From Planctomycetota bacterium (lineage in GTDB: Bacteria > Planctomycetota > B15-G4), in NCBI GenBank assembly GCA_038212275.1, contig JBBQUR010000011.1, forward strand, positions 32,001 to 96,000: a stretch of DNA of 64,000 nucleotides, given 5' to 3'. The translations under genes were made by a program, and so were the position numbers. Numbering within the stretch: position 1 is the stretch's first letter; every line of letters begins with the position of its first letter. This document shows positions 10,051 to 19,558 of this stretch, piece by piece. Below the pieces are notes generated by a model. That model saw only the letters and a program-made list of their open reading frames with translations. It made no database searches and was not told where the DNA came from.

Positions 10051-10170
10051 TCAGGGCTGCACCTCGATGCGCCGCGCCGCGGTGCTCGCGAACGACTCGG
10101 GCTGGCAGGCGTCTGGCCACACGAACTGCGCGGCGAAGACCTGCCCGGCGGCCGCGCCGGGTGGCGCACC
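10051..10170 (-). pseudogene. Orphan 3' fragment resembling the end of a secreted-protein C-terminal domain
   Basis: Manual translation GAPPGAAAGQVFAAQFVWPDACQPESFASTAARRIEVQP*; resembles the Q..W.D....F.ASNA.....P end of the shared tail. Confidence 0.5.
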
Positions 10171-10269
10171 GGCGGCCCGCTCGACAGACCCGGTGCCACG
10201 GGTTTTGCAGCCGCCACCGCGGTTTGCGCAATCGCCTGGAGGATCACGCGCCTGCCATCCGGCGATGTC

Positions 10270-10770
10270 TCAGACGTCCTGGGCGGTCAACTCGCCTGTG
10301 GCGCCGTTGCACGAGATGCTGCGGCGCAGGCCGTCGCAGAGCAGCGTGACGGTCCCGCCCGCGAGCGGCACGCCCTGCGCATCGAAGACGAGGGCGATGC
10401 CCGTGCTGCCGAAGTCCGCGGCGTCGATCGCGATGCCGTGCGGTTCACCTGGCTTGCTGAAGCTGACCACGTAGGGCTGCTTGGTGAGGGGATCGGGCAC
10501 CTGCGTGCCGGTGATGTCCACGATCGTGAAGCGATCGTGCTCGAGGTCGAACACGACGCCGCAGGGTGAGCGAGCAGAGCGTGCCACGGCGCACGCGTGG
10601 GTCATCGCATCGCGCACCGACACTTCCGCGAGATCCAGCGCCTGCGCACCGCTGCGGCCCGAGATCAGGCCGGTGATGCCGCTGAGGAATCCCATGATCA
10701 GCACGACCACCAGGATTTCCACCAGGGTCAGGCCGGCTTCGGCGCGGCGCGGGGGCAGCGTCATGGCCAT
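10270..10770 (-). CDS. Prepilin-type protein, GspH/FimT-like
   Basis: AG|LTLVEIL class III signal; LVFDAQGVP and GGTVTL typical of the GspH/FimT C-terminus. Confidence 0.88.
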   Translation of the reverse strand: MAMTLPPRRAEAGLTLVEILVVVLIMGFLSGITGLISGRSGAQALDLAEVSVRDAMTHACAVARSARSPCGVVFDLEHDRFTIVDITGTQVPDPLTKQPYVVSFSKPGEPHGIAIDAADFGSTGIALVFDAQGVPLAGGTVTLLCDGLRRSISCNGATGELTAQDV

Positions 10771-11732
10771 TCGAAGTCCGTGATGGCCGTGACGTCGACG
10801 GCCGTGCTGATGAGCGGCACCCAGGCCACGTAGTCGAGGTCCCACATCGTGCCCATCTCGAGTTGGTCCGACCACGCGGCGGGGAGTCGGCCGGCTTCGG
10901 GTTGGTCGATCTGCGCATCCAGCGAGAACGGCGTGACGGAGGCCAGGTTGCCGTGGATGGCGCCGATGCCCGAAAAGTCGAGCGTGTGCGCCAGCACGTC
11001 CCCGGTGATCTGAAGGCTGGCGGCCGTACCCGTGCTGAGAAAGCGCCCGTCGGCCAGCATCACGGCGACACCGCTAAGAAAGCTTCCGGAGTCGATCCGG
11101 AAGTTTCCGGCCACGCGTGCGGTGGGCGCCTCATCGGGGTCGAACTCGTCGAAGGGGCTGCCGTGCACCACGCGGTCCGTGGTGAGCAGCCCCAGCAGCG
11201 TGACGTTGTCAAAGGTGATGTCCGCGCCGTCCTCGAGGACGAGGATGCCCGTGTAGTCGGTGTCCGAAATGGTCTGCGTGCCGCCGAGGTAGGTCTTGGG
11301 AATCGAGCCGTCGAGCAGCAGGGAGGTCAGCGTCGCCGGCGGGATCGTCGGCAGGGTTGCCGGGCCGGTAGTGTCCGGCGTGGCGCGGCGCGCAACTTCC
11401 AGCAGTGATGTGGAGCCGATGCCGCTGCTGTCCACCGCCCGCGCGAGGATGCTGCCGTGACCGTCGTCGAGGTCGGCCACTTGCACCGAGGCGCTGCGTC
11501 CGCCGTTGCCGACTGTGGCGCTGCTCACGCCGGGCGAGACACGCAGCACCTGGCGGCCCCAGTTCACCGCGGAGTCCACGGCGTCGGAGGCATCGGTGCT
11601 CTGCCGGGCGAGTGCCGAGTCTTCGTGAGTGAGCGCCACGTGCCTCAGGTAGGTGACGCCCATGACGCTGCACAGGCCGACGAGCATCAGCACCATGAGC
11701 AGCGCGAAACCGGACTGCCGCTGCCTGCTCAC
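10761..11732 (-). CDS. PilX/GspK-like minor pilin
   Basis: RQSG|FALLMVL signal lacking Glu5; GTGA overlap with the upstream gene. Confidence 0.75.
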   Translation of the reverse strand: MSRQRQSGFALLMVLMLVGLCSVMGVTYLRHVALTHEDSALARQSTDASDAVDSAVNWGRQVLRVSPGVSSATVGNGGRSASVQVADLDDGHGSILARAVDSSGIGSTSLLEVARRATPDTTGPATLPTIPPATLTSLLLDGSIPKTYLGGTQTISDTDYTGILVLEDGADITFDNVTLLGLLTTDRVVHGSPFDEFDPDEAPTARVAGNFRIDSGSFLSGVAVMLADGRFLSTGTAASLQITGDVLAHTLDFSGIGAIHGNLASVTPFSLDAQIDQPEAGRLPAAWSDQLEMGTMWDLDYVAWVPLISTAVDVTAITDFEWP

Positions 11733-12217
11733 GGCGCCAGCCACCACTGCCAGGTGTCCACCGGCACATCGTCCTTCAGCACCGTGACGCGAAGCTGGTA
11801 GATCCGGTTGCTGAGCGAAGGCAGCGCGATGCCCGGGTCGTCTTCCAGCGGCGTAGCGAGATCGTCGAGCGAGTACAGCACGAGGGTGACCTGCTGGGTC
11901 CACGCGCCAAGCGATTCATCCGCGGACTTGTCCGCGCGGATGGGCGGGCAGAACTCGGCGCCGATCAGGCTGTCCAGGGCCACGACGTCGGCGCCGGTCG
12001 TGACACCCGGAATGCCGGACGGTTGTCGCGACAGCGTCTGCGCCAGGGACTGGATGTCCTGCGCGATCCGCGTGGCGACCAGCGGTTCGGCTTCAATGTC
12101 CGCCTTGCTGCTGGTGGCGCCGGACAGAGCCCACGACACGCCGGCAAGCGCGACGCCGGCCATGACCGAAGCGACCAGCACTTCGATGAGCGAAAAGCCT
12201 CGGGTGGAGCGCTTCAT
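11729..12217 (-). CDS. Prepilin-type protein, PilV/GspI-like
   Basis: MKRSTRG|FSLIEVLVA; ATGA overlap. Confidence 0.85.
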   Translation of the reverse strand: MKRSTRGFSLIEVLVASVMAGVALAGVSWALSGATSSKADIEAEPLVATRIAQDIQSLAQTLSRQPSGIPGVTTGADVVALDSLIGAEFCPPIRADKSADESLGAWTQQVTLVLYSLDDLATPLEDDPGIALPSLSNRIYQLRVTVLKDDVPVDTWQWWLAP

Positions 12218-12843
12218 GGGTCTTCCAGTTGCAGCGCGGGCAATTCGCCGGGTGCTGTGCCGAGCCACTCGTTCTCGATCGCGACCTGCCCGGCCACGAC
12301 AGCCGAGCCGGTGATCTCGCGGCCGTCGTCGAGCTCCAGGTGCATGGTCACCCTGCGCGTCACGTCGTGAGCGGTGGTCTGCGTCCACGTGCAATGGCTC
12401 TCGATGTGCGCAGCGACCAGCGCCGCCTGCGGCACCAGCGAGCCACCCGATGCCTTGAAAGCCACCCCCGAACCGCTGCTGGCGCCCGAGGCCATCGAGC
12501 GGACGAAGACTGTTTCCGAGCCGCTCACCGAGAGCACCAGGGTGTACGCCTTGCCCGGCTTGATGAGCGCGTTCATCGAACTGAGGTTCACGGCGATCTG
12601 TGCGCTGGGCACCGCGGCCTGCTGCAGTGCGGGCGGCGGGCCCGACACGAAGGTCGTCGGTGGCAGCGTGGAGGTATTGATGGTGACCGAACCCAGCACA
12701 GGGCCGAACGGTCGCGCATCCCCCGGCGCACGTGCTTCGTAGAGACTGATGGTCAGTGTCGCTGCCTGGCTCCGGGCTGCCGGCGCGAGACCCAGCATGC
12801 AGAGCAGGCAGGCCAGCAAGGGAAACATGAGTGTTCTCCGCAT
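12214..12843 (-). CDS. Hypothetical secreted protein in the pilin operon
   Basis: Sec-type signal peptide; tightly packed between pilin genes. Confidence 0.75.
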   Translation of the reverse strand: MRRTLMFPLLACLLCMLGLAPAARSQAATLTISLYEARAPGDARPFGPVLGSVTINTSTLPPTTFVSGPPPALQQAAVPSAQIAVNLSSMNALIKPGKAYTLVLSVSGSETVFVRSMASGASSGSGVAFKASGGSLVPQAALVAAHIESHCTWTQTTAHDVTRRVTMHLELDDGREITGSAVVAGQVAIENEWLGTAPGELPALQLEDP

Positions 12844-12844
12844 G

Positions 12845-13768
12845 TCAGTAGGCCCCCGGGGCGCCGCACTTCTTGCTGCCCGAGTTCGCGGTGGAGGTCC
12901 TGCCGTTGAGCGTCCAGACCTGGTTGCCGGACGAACCGTCGAACGGCACCTCGAAGACGAAGTTGTGCCGGCCTGTGAGGAACACGGTCACCTGCCCGCG
13001 ATCCTGCGGGTTGGGCGTGAACTTGTTGGCTGAGCCCACCGGGATCGTCACGACGTACGGGTTCGGGTTGAGGTAGCCGAAGTAGGCGATGTACGTGCCG
13101 TCGCCATTGTCGTAGACGCACTCGAGCACCGGTGAAATCTTGCCCTGGCTGCCGTTGGTGGATGTGACCTGTACGTAGAGCTTGTCCAGCGTTCCGGAGA
13201 GGCGCTTCTCCGTCACGTCCGGCACGAGCTGCGCGCTCGCCGGCGCGAGGCTGGGCACGGTGAATCCGAGAGCCAGTTCCGTGCCCGTGGACAGCGTGAA
13301 GTAACCGGCCGTGCCATTGGGCTCGGTCACCGCCCACGGCGTGTCCACGTTCGTGACGGGCGGCGCTTCGCGCAGGCGCCGCATCGTCTCGAGTTCGAAG
13401 GTCGCGTGGGTGACGCCACCCAGCAGCGTGCCGATGTCGCCGTCGGGGCGCGCCACCTTCAGGGCGCCGTCCGCCACGTAAAAGCTGGTCTGGTTGCCCA
13501 ATGCATCCTGGACGTCGAGGTGGTCTACCGCCGGTGATTCCACGATCCACGCCTGGCGTGTGGCATCGCTCACCGTGTTCAGGGCGCGCTCCATCGCCGT
13601 GTCGGGCTCCGCGCGTGCAGCCGTCACGTGCTGGGCGAACATTCCGGACATCCGCGCCACGCCCATGACGAGCATCGCGCCCAACGTCGCCGCCAGCAGC
13701 AATTCGATGAGCGAGAAACCGGCGCCGGCCCTCGCACCACTCGGGACCACGCAGGCCGTTTCGGACAT
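12845..13768 (-). CDS. Prepilin-type protein, PilW/GspJ-like, with an extra C-terminal module
   Basis: AG|FSLIELLLA; C-terminal PVLECV..NGDGTY.AYFGY.N module. Confidence 0.82.
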   Translation of the reverse strand: MSETACVVPSGARAGAGFSLIELLLAATLGAMLVMGVARMSGMFAQHVTAARAEPDTAMERALNTVSDATRQAWIVESPAVDHLDVQDALGNQTSFYVADGALKVARPDGDIGTLLGGVTHATFELETMRRLREAPPVTNVDTPWAVTEPNGTAGYFTLSTGTELALGFTVPSLAPASAQLVPDVTEKRLSGTLDKLYVQVTSTNGSQGKISPVLECVYDNGDGTYIAYFGYLNPNPYVVTIPVGSANKFTPNPQDRGQVTVFLTGRHNFVFEVPFDGSSGNQVWTLNGRTSTANSGSKKCGAPGAY

Positions 13769-14040
13769 GGGAGACAGCTCCGTTGGAGAATCGCAGGGTC
13801 CATCGAACGACGCGGGGAGCGACTTGAATGGGCCGCCGTTGAAGCCATCGGTCGCAGGCGTGCTCGATGCGAAAGCTCTCAGCCTCCGGCCCGTGGAGGT
13901 GCCGACCATCTGCGAGTCCCTGAGTCGGGGTGGCTCCGTGAAGGACCGCGTCGCCGTCTTCATGCTGGAAGCAGCAGAGCTGCATCGCCGCCGTGGAAAC
14001 GGATCCGGCCGGAGACACGGCGTCCGTCCGGTCGCCTCGA

Positions 14041-14199
14041 GCCATCACGGGCTGGATCCAGCCGCCGGCGCCTCGCGTCAGCTTTCGCGTCCGACTCCCG
14101 GCCCAGACCCGGCAGCGTGCTCGAGAACAGCGTGCCGTTGCGCAGCGTGAGGCAGCCGGCGGCGATGGCGAGCACGACTCGTCCATGCAGCCCACCATG
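14041..14199 (-). repeat. Diverged, internally deleted duplicate of the epimerase 3' end and its downstream flank
   Basis: Matches about 14915-15030 and 15112-15150 (CLTLRNGTLF..TLPGLG; gactcgtccatgcagcc.accat). Confidence 0.85.
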
Positions 14200-14904
14200 G
14201 GCGCGAGCGAAGACGTCGGCGCGAGCGTCGCCGGCGGGGCGCGCGGCGCGGCGCTCGGACGCCCGCAGCCGTTCAACCGCGTGGAGGCCGCGTACACGGA
14301 GATGGCGCGCGACGCCGGAGTCCTCGCCACCCGGATCAGCGTGCTGGAGCAGGACGGGCTCGCGCACCTGCTCGTGCACCGCCTCGACCTCGACGGCGAG
14401 CAGCGACGCCATCAGCACACGCTCGGAGGCCTCCAGCACATCGACTACAACGACACGGGCGCGAGCAGCTACGAGGAATACCTGCGCACGGTGCTCGGCC
14501 TCGGGCTGCCGCACGCGGATGTGGAGCAGGCCTGCGTGCGCATGCTGTTCAACCTGGTGGCGGTCAACCAGGATGACCACGTCAAGAACCTCTCCTTTCA
14601 CATGGACGCCTCCGGGGCCTGGTCACTCTCGCCGGCGTACGACCTGACCTTCGCGCGGGGGCCCGGCTTCACGGCACGCCACCAGATGCGGGTGCGCGAC
14701 CGCACGGAGGGCATCACCGCGGAGGACCTGCTCGCCGTGTGCGCGGAGTTCGGCGTGGACGATCCGGGCGCGCTGCTCCAACGCGTGCGGGACAGCGTGG
14801 CGCGTTTCGAGGAGTTCGCTGCCGCCACCGGCGTCCCGGCGGACACGCGGACGGCCGTGCGAAAGGCGCTGGACCTCCGCGCCGCCGAGTTGGGCGCGGC
14901 CTGA
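14200..14904 (+). pseudogene. hipA: HipA-family kinase toxin, C-terminal fragment only
   Basis: NQDDHVKNLSF and LSPAYDLT motifs; the N-terminal half and any antitoxin are absent. Confidence 0.8.
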
Positions 14905-14944
14905 GCGACACGGCGGCAACACGGGTCTGATCCGGCACCTCGCG

Positions 14945-16018
14945 TCAGCTCCCCGCGTCAGGCTCCCACCCCAGCCCCGGCAGCGTGTTCGGGAACAACG
15001 TGCCGTTGCGCAGCGTGAGGCAGCCCGCGGCCGGGTCGCCCTCCAGGTCGAGGTGACCGTCGAGATCGGCGTAGCGCACGTTGGGCCGCGCAAGCGCGAA
15101 GTGCAGGCCGGCCGCGATGGCCAGCGCGGACTCGTCCATGCAGCCGACCATCACCTCAAGACCCGCGGCACGCGCTACCGCATTCACCCGCAGCGCCTCC
15201 GCGATGCCACCCACCTTCATGAGCTTCACGTTGACCATGTCCGCCAGGTTCTTGCGCGCGATGCGGAAGGCGTCGCGCAGCGTCATCAGGCTCTCGTCGG
15301 CCATGATGGGCAGCGCGACGGCGGCGGTCACGCGGCCGAGCAGGTCAGGCTCGCCCTTGGGCGTGGGCTGCTCGACGATCTCGAGCTTCGCGCGGCGCAC
15401 GCCTTCGACGAAGCGCACCGACTGCTCGAAGCTGTAACCCTGGTTGGCGTCGAAACGCAGCTCGATGCCGTCACCCACCGCGGCGCGCACGGCGAGCACG
15501 CGCTCGATGTCGGCCTCGACGTCGCGGCCGCCCTTGAGTTTCAGGCAGCGGAAGCCCTGCGCCATGAACTGCCGCGCGCGTTCCAGGGTTTCATCCTGCG
15601 GCAGGATGCCGATGGTGATGCTCGTGCGGATGCGGTCGCGGTAGCCGCCGAGCAGCTTCCACAGCGGCAATCCCGCGGCCTTGCCGAGCAGGTCGAACAG
15701 CGCCATGTCGATGGCGGCGCGCACGGACGACGAGGCCGCGAGCGGCTCGCGCAGCAGCTCCATGAGGCGCACGTGGCGCAGCGCGTCGCAACCTCGCAGC
15801 AGCGGCTCCGCCGTGCCGCCGATGGCGAGCAGCGCACCCTCCGGCGTCTCGCCGGTGACGGCCAGGTCGGGCGCCGCGCAGCCGTAGCCGACGAGCCGCG
15901 TGTCGGTCTCGATGCGCAGGAAGACGTTGGTCACCCTGTCCACGCTCTCGTAGGCGATCACGTACGGCTCGACGAGCCGCATCGGAACCTCCCACGCGGT
16001 GACCTTCGTGATGCGCAT
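14945..16018 (-). CDS. Dipeptide epimerase (enolase superfamily, L-Ala-D/L-Glu epimerase/DgcA-like)
   Basis: KLKGG, DANQG, EQP, MADES, NVKLMKVGG, GCMDES and DLDG motifs. Confidence 0.93.
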   Translation of the reverse strand: MRITKVTAWEVPMRLVEPYVIAYESVDRVTNVFLRIETDTRLVGYGCAAPDLAVTGETPEGALLAIGGTAEPLLRGCDALRHVRLMELLREPLAASSSVRAAIDMALFDLLGKAAGLPLWKLLGGYRDRIRTSITIGILPQDETLERARQFMAQGFRCLKLKGGRDVEADIERVLAVRAAVGDGIELRFDANQGYSFEQSVRFVEGVRRAKLEIVEQPTPKGEPDLLGRVTAAVALPIMADESLMTLRDAFRIARKNLADMVNVKLMKVGGIAEALRVNAVARAAGLEVMVGCMDESALAIAAGLHFALARPNVRYADLDGHLDLEGDPAAGCLTLRNGTLFPNTLPGLGWEPDAGS

Positions 16019-16203
16019 GGCCGCAGTATGCCGGGGGCCTCGGGCCCGAAACACTTCGGAGTCCGGACGCGCCCGCCCCGGCCACATCCGGCGTCGAGAC
16101 GTCTCCGGACGCGCGTGGCACGCCGCATCGCATCGCATCGGGCGTGGCGCCCCGCATCGCGTCGCATCGCGGCGCATCGCGGCGCGCGCTGCCGCGGCTT
16201 GCG

Positions 16204-16566
16204 TCAGGCGTCGCGGTGCACGGTGTCCGGCGTGAAGGCGGGCACGCAGACCGCGACGTATTCGGCGCCCTCGGGCAGCGGCGTGCTGTAGCGCACCCAC
16301 TCGCCGCCGGCGACCTCGATGCACTGGCCGGCGTGCACGTCGATGTCTCCGTCGCGCGAGGTGACGCGCAGCATGCCGCGCAGCACGAGCGTGTACTCGT
16401 CGAAGTCCGGTGTCTGGCCGGGTTCGCTCCAGCCGCCGGGCGAGGTCATGCGCGCGATGCTCACGCTGCCTTCTCCCGTGTTCGCGCGACCGACGAATTC
16501 TTCGATGCGCTTGGGCGGCGAGCCTGCGGCAAGCATGACGGTGGGCGCTGCGATGAGGCGTGGCAT
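16204..16566 (-). CDS. Cupin domain protein (EutQ-like)
   Basis: GWSEPGQTPDFDEYTLVLRG...WVRYSTP...VCVPAF; 120 aa. Confidence 0.85.
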   Translation of the reverse strand: MPRLIAAPTVMLAAGSPPKRIEEFVGRANTGEGSVSIARMTSPGGWSEPGQTPDFDEYTLVLRGMLRVTSRDGDIDVHAGQCIEVAGGEWVRYSTPLPEGAEYVAVCVPAFTPDTVHRDA

Positions 16567-16573
16567 GCGCCCC

Positions 16574-19246
16574 TCAATACCGCTTCTGGTAGATCTCGTC
16601 GAGGCTCATGCCCTTGAGTTCCTCCACGAACTCCACCATGTTGCGGATCATGACCTCCCACATGCGCTGGCCCTTCTCGATCGAGGCCCTGGTCGGGTCG
16701 CCCATGATGCCGGACTTGCTGATGGCCGAGGTGCGCGCGAACCACTCCACCGAGCGCTTGGACGTGAAGTCGAGGTAGCCGGAGGAGAACTTCGGCACGA
16801 ACTTCTTCGCCTTGTCCATGCGCACGAGGTGCGGCCGCAGGGCGAGCGTGGTCGAGGTCTCGATCTCGCCGGCGTGCACATCGTTGTCCGTCTCGATCAT
16901 CTCGGCGAGATCCGCGTCGGCGGTCTCGCCGGTCTCGACGCAGGTGAAGATCTTCGCGTCGCGGTTGATCTGCTGTGCCGCGAAGCGCAGGCAGGGCCGG
17001 TTGCCGCCGTGCCCGTTGATGATGATGAGCTTGGTGATGCCGTGCCGCGCGACGGACATGCCCACCTCGCGCACCATGGCCGAGAGCGTGTCGGGACCGA
17101 CGGAGATGGTGCCGGGGAAGTCGTCGTGGTGGTACGCGACGCCATAAGGGATGAGCGGCAGCACGAGCGGATGCGGCGCGCGGCACGCCGCACCGACGGC
17201 CTGCGCGAAGTACTCCGCATCGAAGGAGTCCACGTCCAGCGGAAGGTGCGGGCCGTGCTGCTCGATGCTGCCCACCGGAAGCAGCGCGATGTCCACCTCG
17301 CGGAAGCGCTTCTGCGCGTCAGGCCAGGTGAGCTCGCCGAGCATCCACGGCCGCGCGCCGGACGGGCGGCCCGTGGTCAGCGGCGCGGTGGCGCCGGCCG
17401 CATCCGGAGCTGCCGCCGCAACGGCCGGCGCTCCCGTAGCAGCTGCCGGCGCTCCCGTAGCAGCTGCCGGCGTGGCCGCAGCACGCGTCGGCGTGGCCGC
17501 GGCAGGCGCCGGCGTTGTTGCAGAACCTGCCGGAGTCGTGGGCGCGCCCGCAGCTTGTGCCGACGTCTCTGCGCGCGACGCGGGAAGGAGCCGTGCTCGC
17601 TGGCTCGCGGGATGCTTCACCGGCGGCACGATGCTCGCTTGAGCCGGCAGCTTGGCTTCGAAGGGATACGGCGTCATGAGTTCGGGATCCGAGAGCGGGT
17701 CGATGTCGATCCAGAGGCGGCCGTGCTTGCGCAGCGCGCCTTCGGCGTATTGCAGGGCGATGCGGTAGAGCGGCTCGCGCAGATCGACGGGGATGTCGTC
17801 CATCGGGGCGCGCTCCGGGTCGAAGCGCAGCTTGACGGCCTCGGGCCTCGGCCGCGCGCGCGACACGTCGTCTGCGGTCGGCTTCCACAATCCGCGTTCC
17901 TGCAGCAGCCAGAGCACGTGCTCGGCGCACTCGGCCTCCTGCGCGACGCCCTTCTTCGCAAGGACCGCGAGACATGCCTCGACCTGCGCCTGAGTGTAGC
18001 CGCAGCGCGCGGGGTCCGCGCCCACGCCGAGCAGCATGCCCACGATGCGTCGGCATTTCTCGCACGCGCCGCACGGCAGCACGCGGCCCTCGACGCTGTG
18101 CGCGGCATGACAGCTCACCTGCTCGCGCTGCAGCTCCGGGTAGCGCTGCACGAGCATCGTCTGGATGACCAGCTCCGACATCGGGCGCAGGATCGAGAAC
18201 TGGCACACGCCCCAGCCCTTGCGCGCGAAGTAGCGCGACAGCGCGTTGTCGAACCAGCGGCTCTGATCGTAGAGGCCGTCGTAGTGGCGGATGCCGGCGT
18301 GCACGGCGCGTCGGCTCGTGTCGTACTCGTCGCCGATGATGAGGCGCCCGATGCCGCGGCGGCGCAGCAGCGGCAGCGCGCCGAAGAGGAAGACGGCGAC
18401 GGTCCACAGGCGGATCGGATACTCGTCGCTGCGCACCTCCTGGAAGTTCTGCCGGATGAAGGGCATGCGCCGCAGCATCCAGGGGAAGAGCCGGTCGCTG
18501 TTGGTCCACACGCGCGCCGTGCCGGGCACGTGCTGCTCGAAATGCCGGTAGGCGTTGAGCGCCGTGAACCAGTGCCGGCCCGACTCGTTGATGTAGATCG
18601 CGTCGGTCGGCAGCCCCAGTTCGTTGAGCAGGCCCCAGGAGAGCAGGCTGTCCTTGCCGCCCGACGAGAGCACCGCGTGGCGCGACGCATCGGAGGACCA
18701 GCGCCGCGCGGCGTGCGAGCCGGAGCCCGCATGGCCGCCACGCGCACCGCGAGAAGGCACGAACGGCTCGTCGGGGAAGTCCAGCTCCGCGCGCAGGTAG
18801 CTCTCGCGGCGCACGGCGGGCAGGCCCATCGCCGGCGGCAGCAGGAACTCGTTCGGCTCGAGGATCTTCTTCACGAAGATCTCGCGCGCCGTGTTCTTCG
18901 CCATGTCGGCGAGAAACTGCCGGTCGTGCCGGTCGAACGGTCCGCGGAAGACGATGCGCTTGCAGAACAGTCCGTAGTTCAGCGCGACCTGCGCCGCGAC
19001 GAGCGCCGCGAGGTTCTGTGCCTCGGGCTCCTCCGGGTCGAAGACGTCCTCTTCCCAGCGGTAGATCAGCTCGAAGGTGTGCGCCTTGCCCCGCTGCTTC
19101 ACCGTGTACGGCGCGATGAGCCGGCGCTTCTCGACCACGACCGGCCCGACGGTCAGCGTGTCGATGCACTGCAGCGCATCGAGCGCGTCGGCCGGCGCGC
19201 GTGCGCGGCTGCCGCCTGTTCGATTCTTCCTGCGTGAGACGGTCAC
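16574..19246 (-). CDS. Fusion of a PP-loop ATPase (MurL-like) domain and a creatininase-family amidohydrolase
   Basis: SSGGKDS, FSILRPMSEL, SCH...CGACEKC; Ala/Pro/Thr linker; GSIEQHGPHLP..D, NGHGGN, DVHAGEIETS. Confidence 0.88.
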   Translation of the reverse strand: MTVSRRKNRTGGSRARAPADALDALQCIDTLTVGPVVVEKRRLIAPYTVKQRGKAHTFELIYRWEEDVFDPEEPEAQNLAALVAAQVALNYGLFCKRIVFRGPFDRHDRQFLADMAKNTAREIFVKKILEPNEFLLPPAMGLPAVRRESYLRAELDFPDEPFVPSRGARGGHAGSGSHAARRWSSDASRHAVLSSGGKDSLLSWGLLNELGLPTDAIYINESGRHWFTALNAYRHFEQHVPGTARVWTNSDRLFPWMLRRMPFIRQNFQEVRSDEYPIRLWTVAVFLFGALPLLRRRGIGRLIIGDEYDTSRRAVHAGIRHYDGLYDQSRWFDNALSRYFARKGWGVCQFSILRPMSELVIQTMLVQRYPELQREQVSCHAAHSVEGRVLPCGACEKCRRIVGMLLGVGADPARCGYTQAQVEACLAVLAKKGVAQEAECAEHVLWLLQERGLWKPTADDVSRARPRPEAVKLRFDPERAPMDDIPVDLREPLYRIALQYAEGALRKHGRLWIDIDPLSDPELMTPYPFEAKLPAQASIVPPVKHPASQRARLLPASRAETSAQAAGAPTTPAGSATTPAPAAATPTRAAATPAAATGAPAAATGAPAVAAAAPDAAGATAPLTTGRPSGARPWMLGELTWPDAQKRFREVDIALLPVGSIEQHGPHLPLDVDSFDAEYFAQAVGAACRAPHPLVLPLIPYGVAYHHDDFPGTISVGPDTLSAMVREVGMSVARHGITKLIIINGHGGNRPCLRFAAQQINRDAKIFTCVETGETADADLAEMIETDNDVHAGEIETSTTLALRPHLVRMDKAKKFVPKFSSGYLDFTSKRSVEWFARTSAISKSGIMGDPTRASIEKGQRMWEVMIRNMVEFVEELKGMSLDEIYQKRY

Positions 19247-19558
19247 GCGGCACACTCTACGATCGGGAGCTGAGCTCCCACCGCGAGAACTGGCCACGGC
19301 CCGGGTCTCGCTCCGGGCAGCGGCGCGAGTCGGCGCGAGTCGGCCGAGTCGGCGGGCGGCGACCTGCGTCGGCGGGCGTCGGCGCAGGTCGCCGTGACGG
19401 CAACCGGTGCGCTCCTGTCACGCCGGCGCGGCGATCCCGATTCGGTGGGAAGGGAAGCCTTCCGACCGGGACCTCGTCCGCCGTGCTCGCGCGGTGGACG
19501 CCTTCGGCGCCGGTCACACACCCTCGTCTGAGCCACCCTCTTCGCCGGGAGCGCACGC

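Noticed and set aside
13993..14904. Intact HipBA toxin-antitoxin system
   Set aside because: The N-terminal half of HipA is replaced by antisense epimerase sequence, and no antitoxin gene is adjacent.
17400..17560. 21-bp repeats as a separate element
   Set aside because: They are in frame and encode the PAAATGA linker of the fusion protein.
19440..19475. Riboswitch at the ggtgggaagggaagccttccgacc hairpin
   Set aside because: Only a single hairpin; conserved cobalamin or other aptamer elements were not found by eye.
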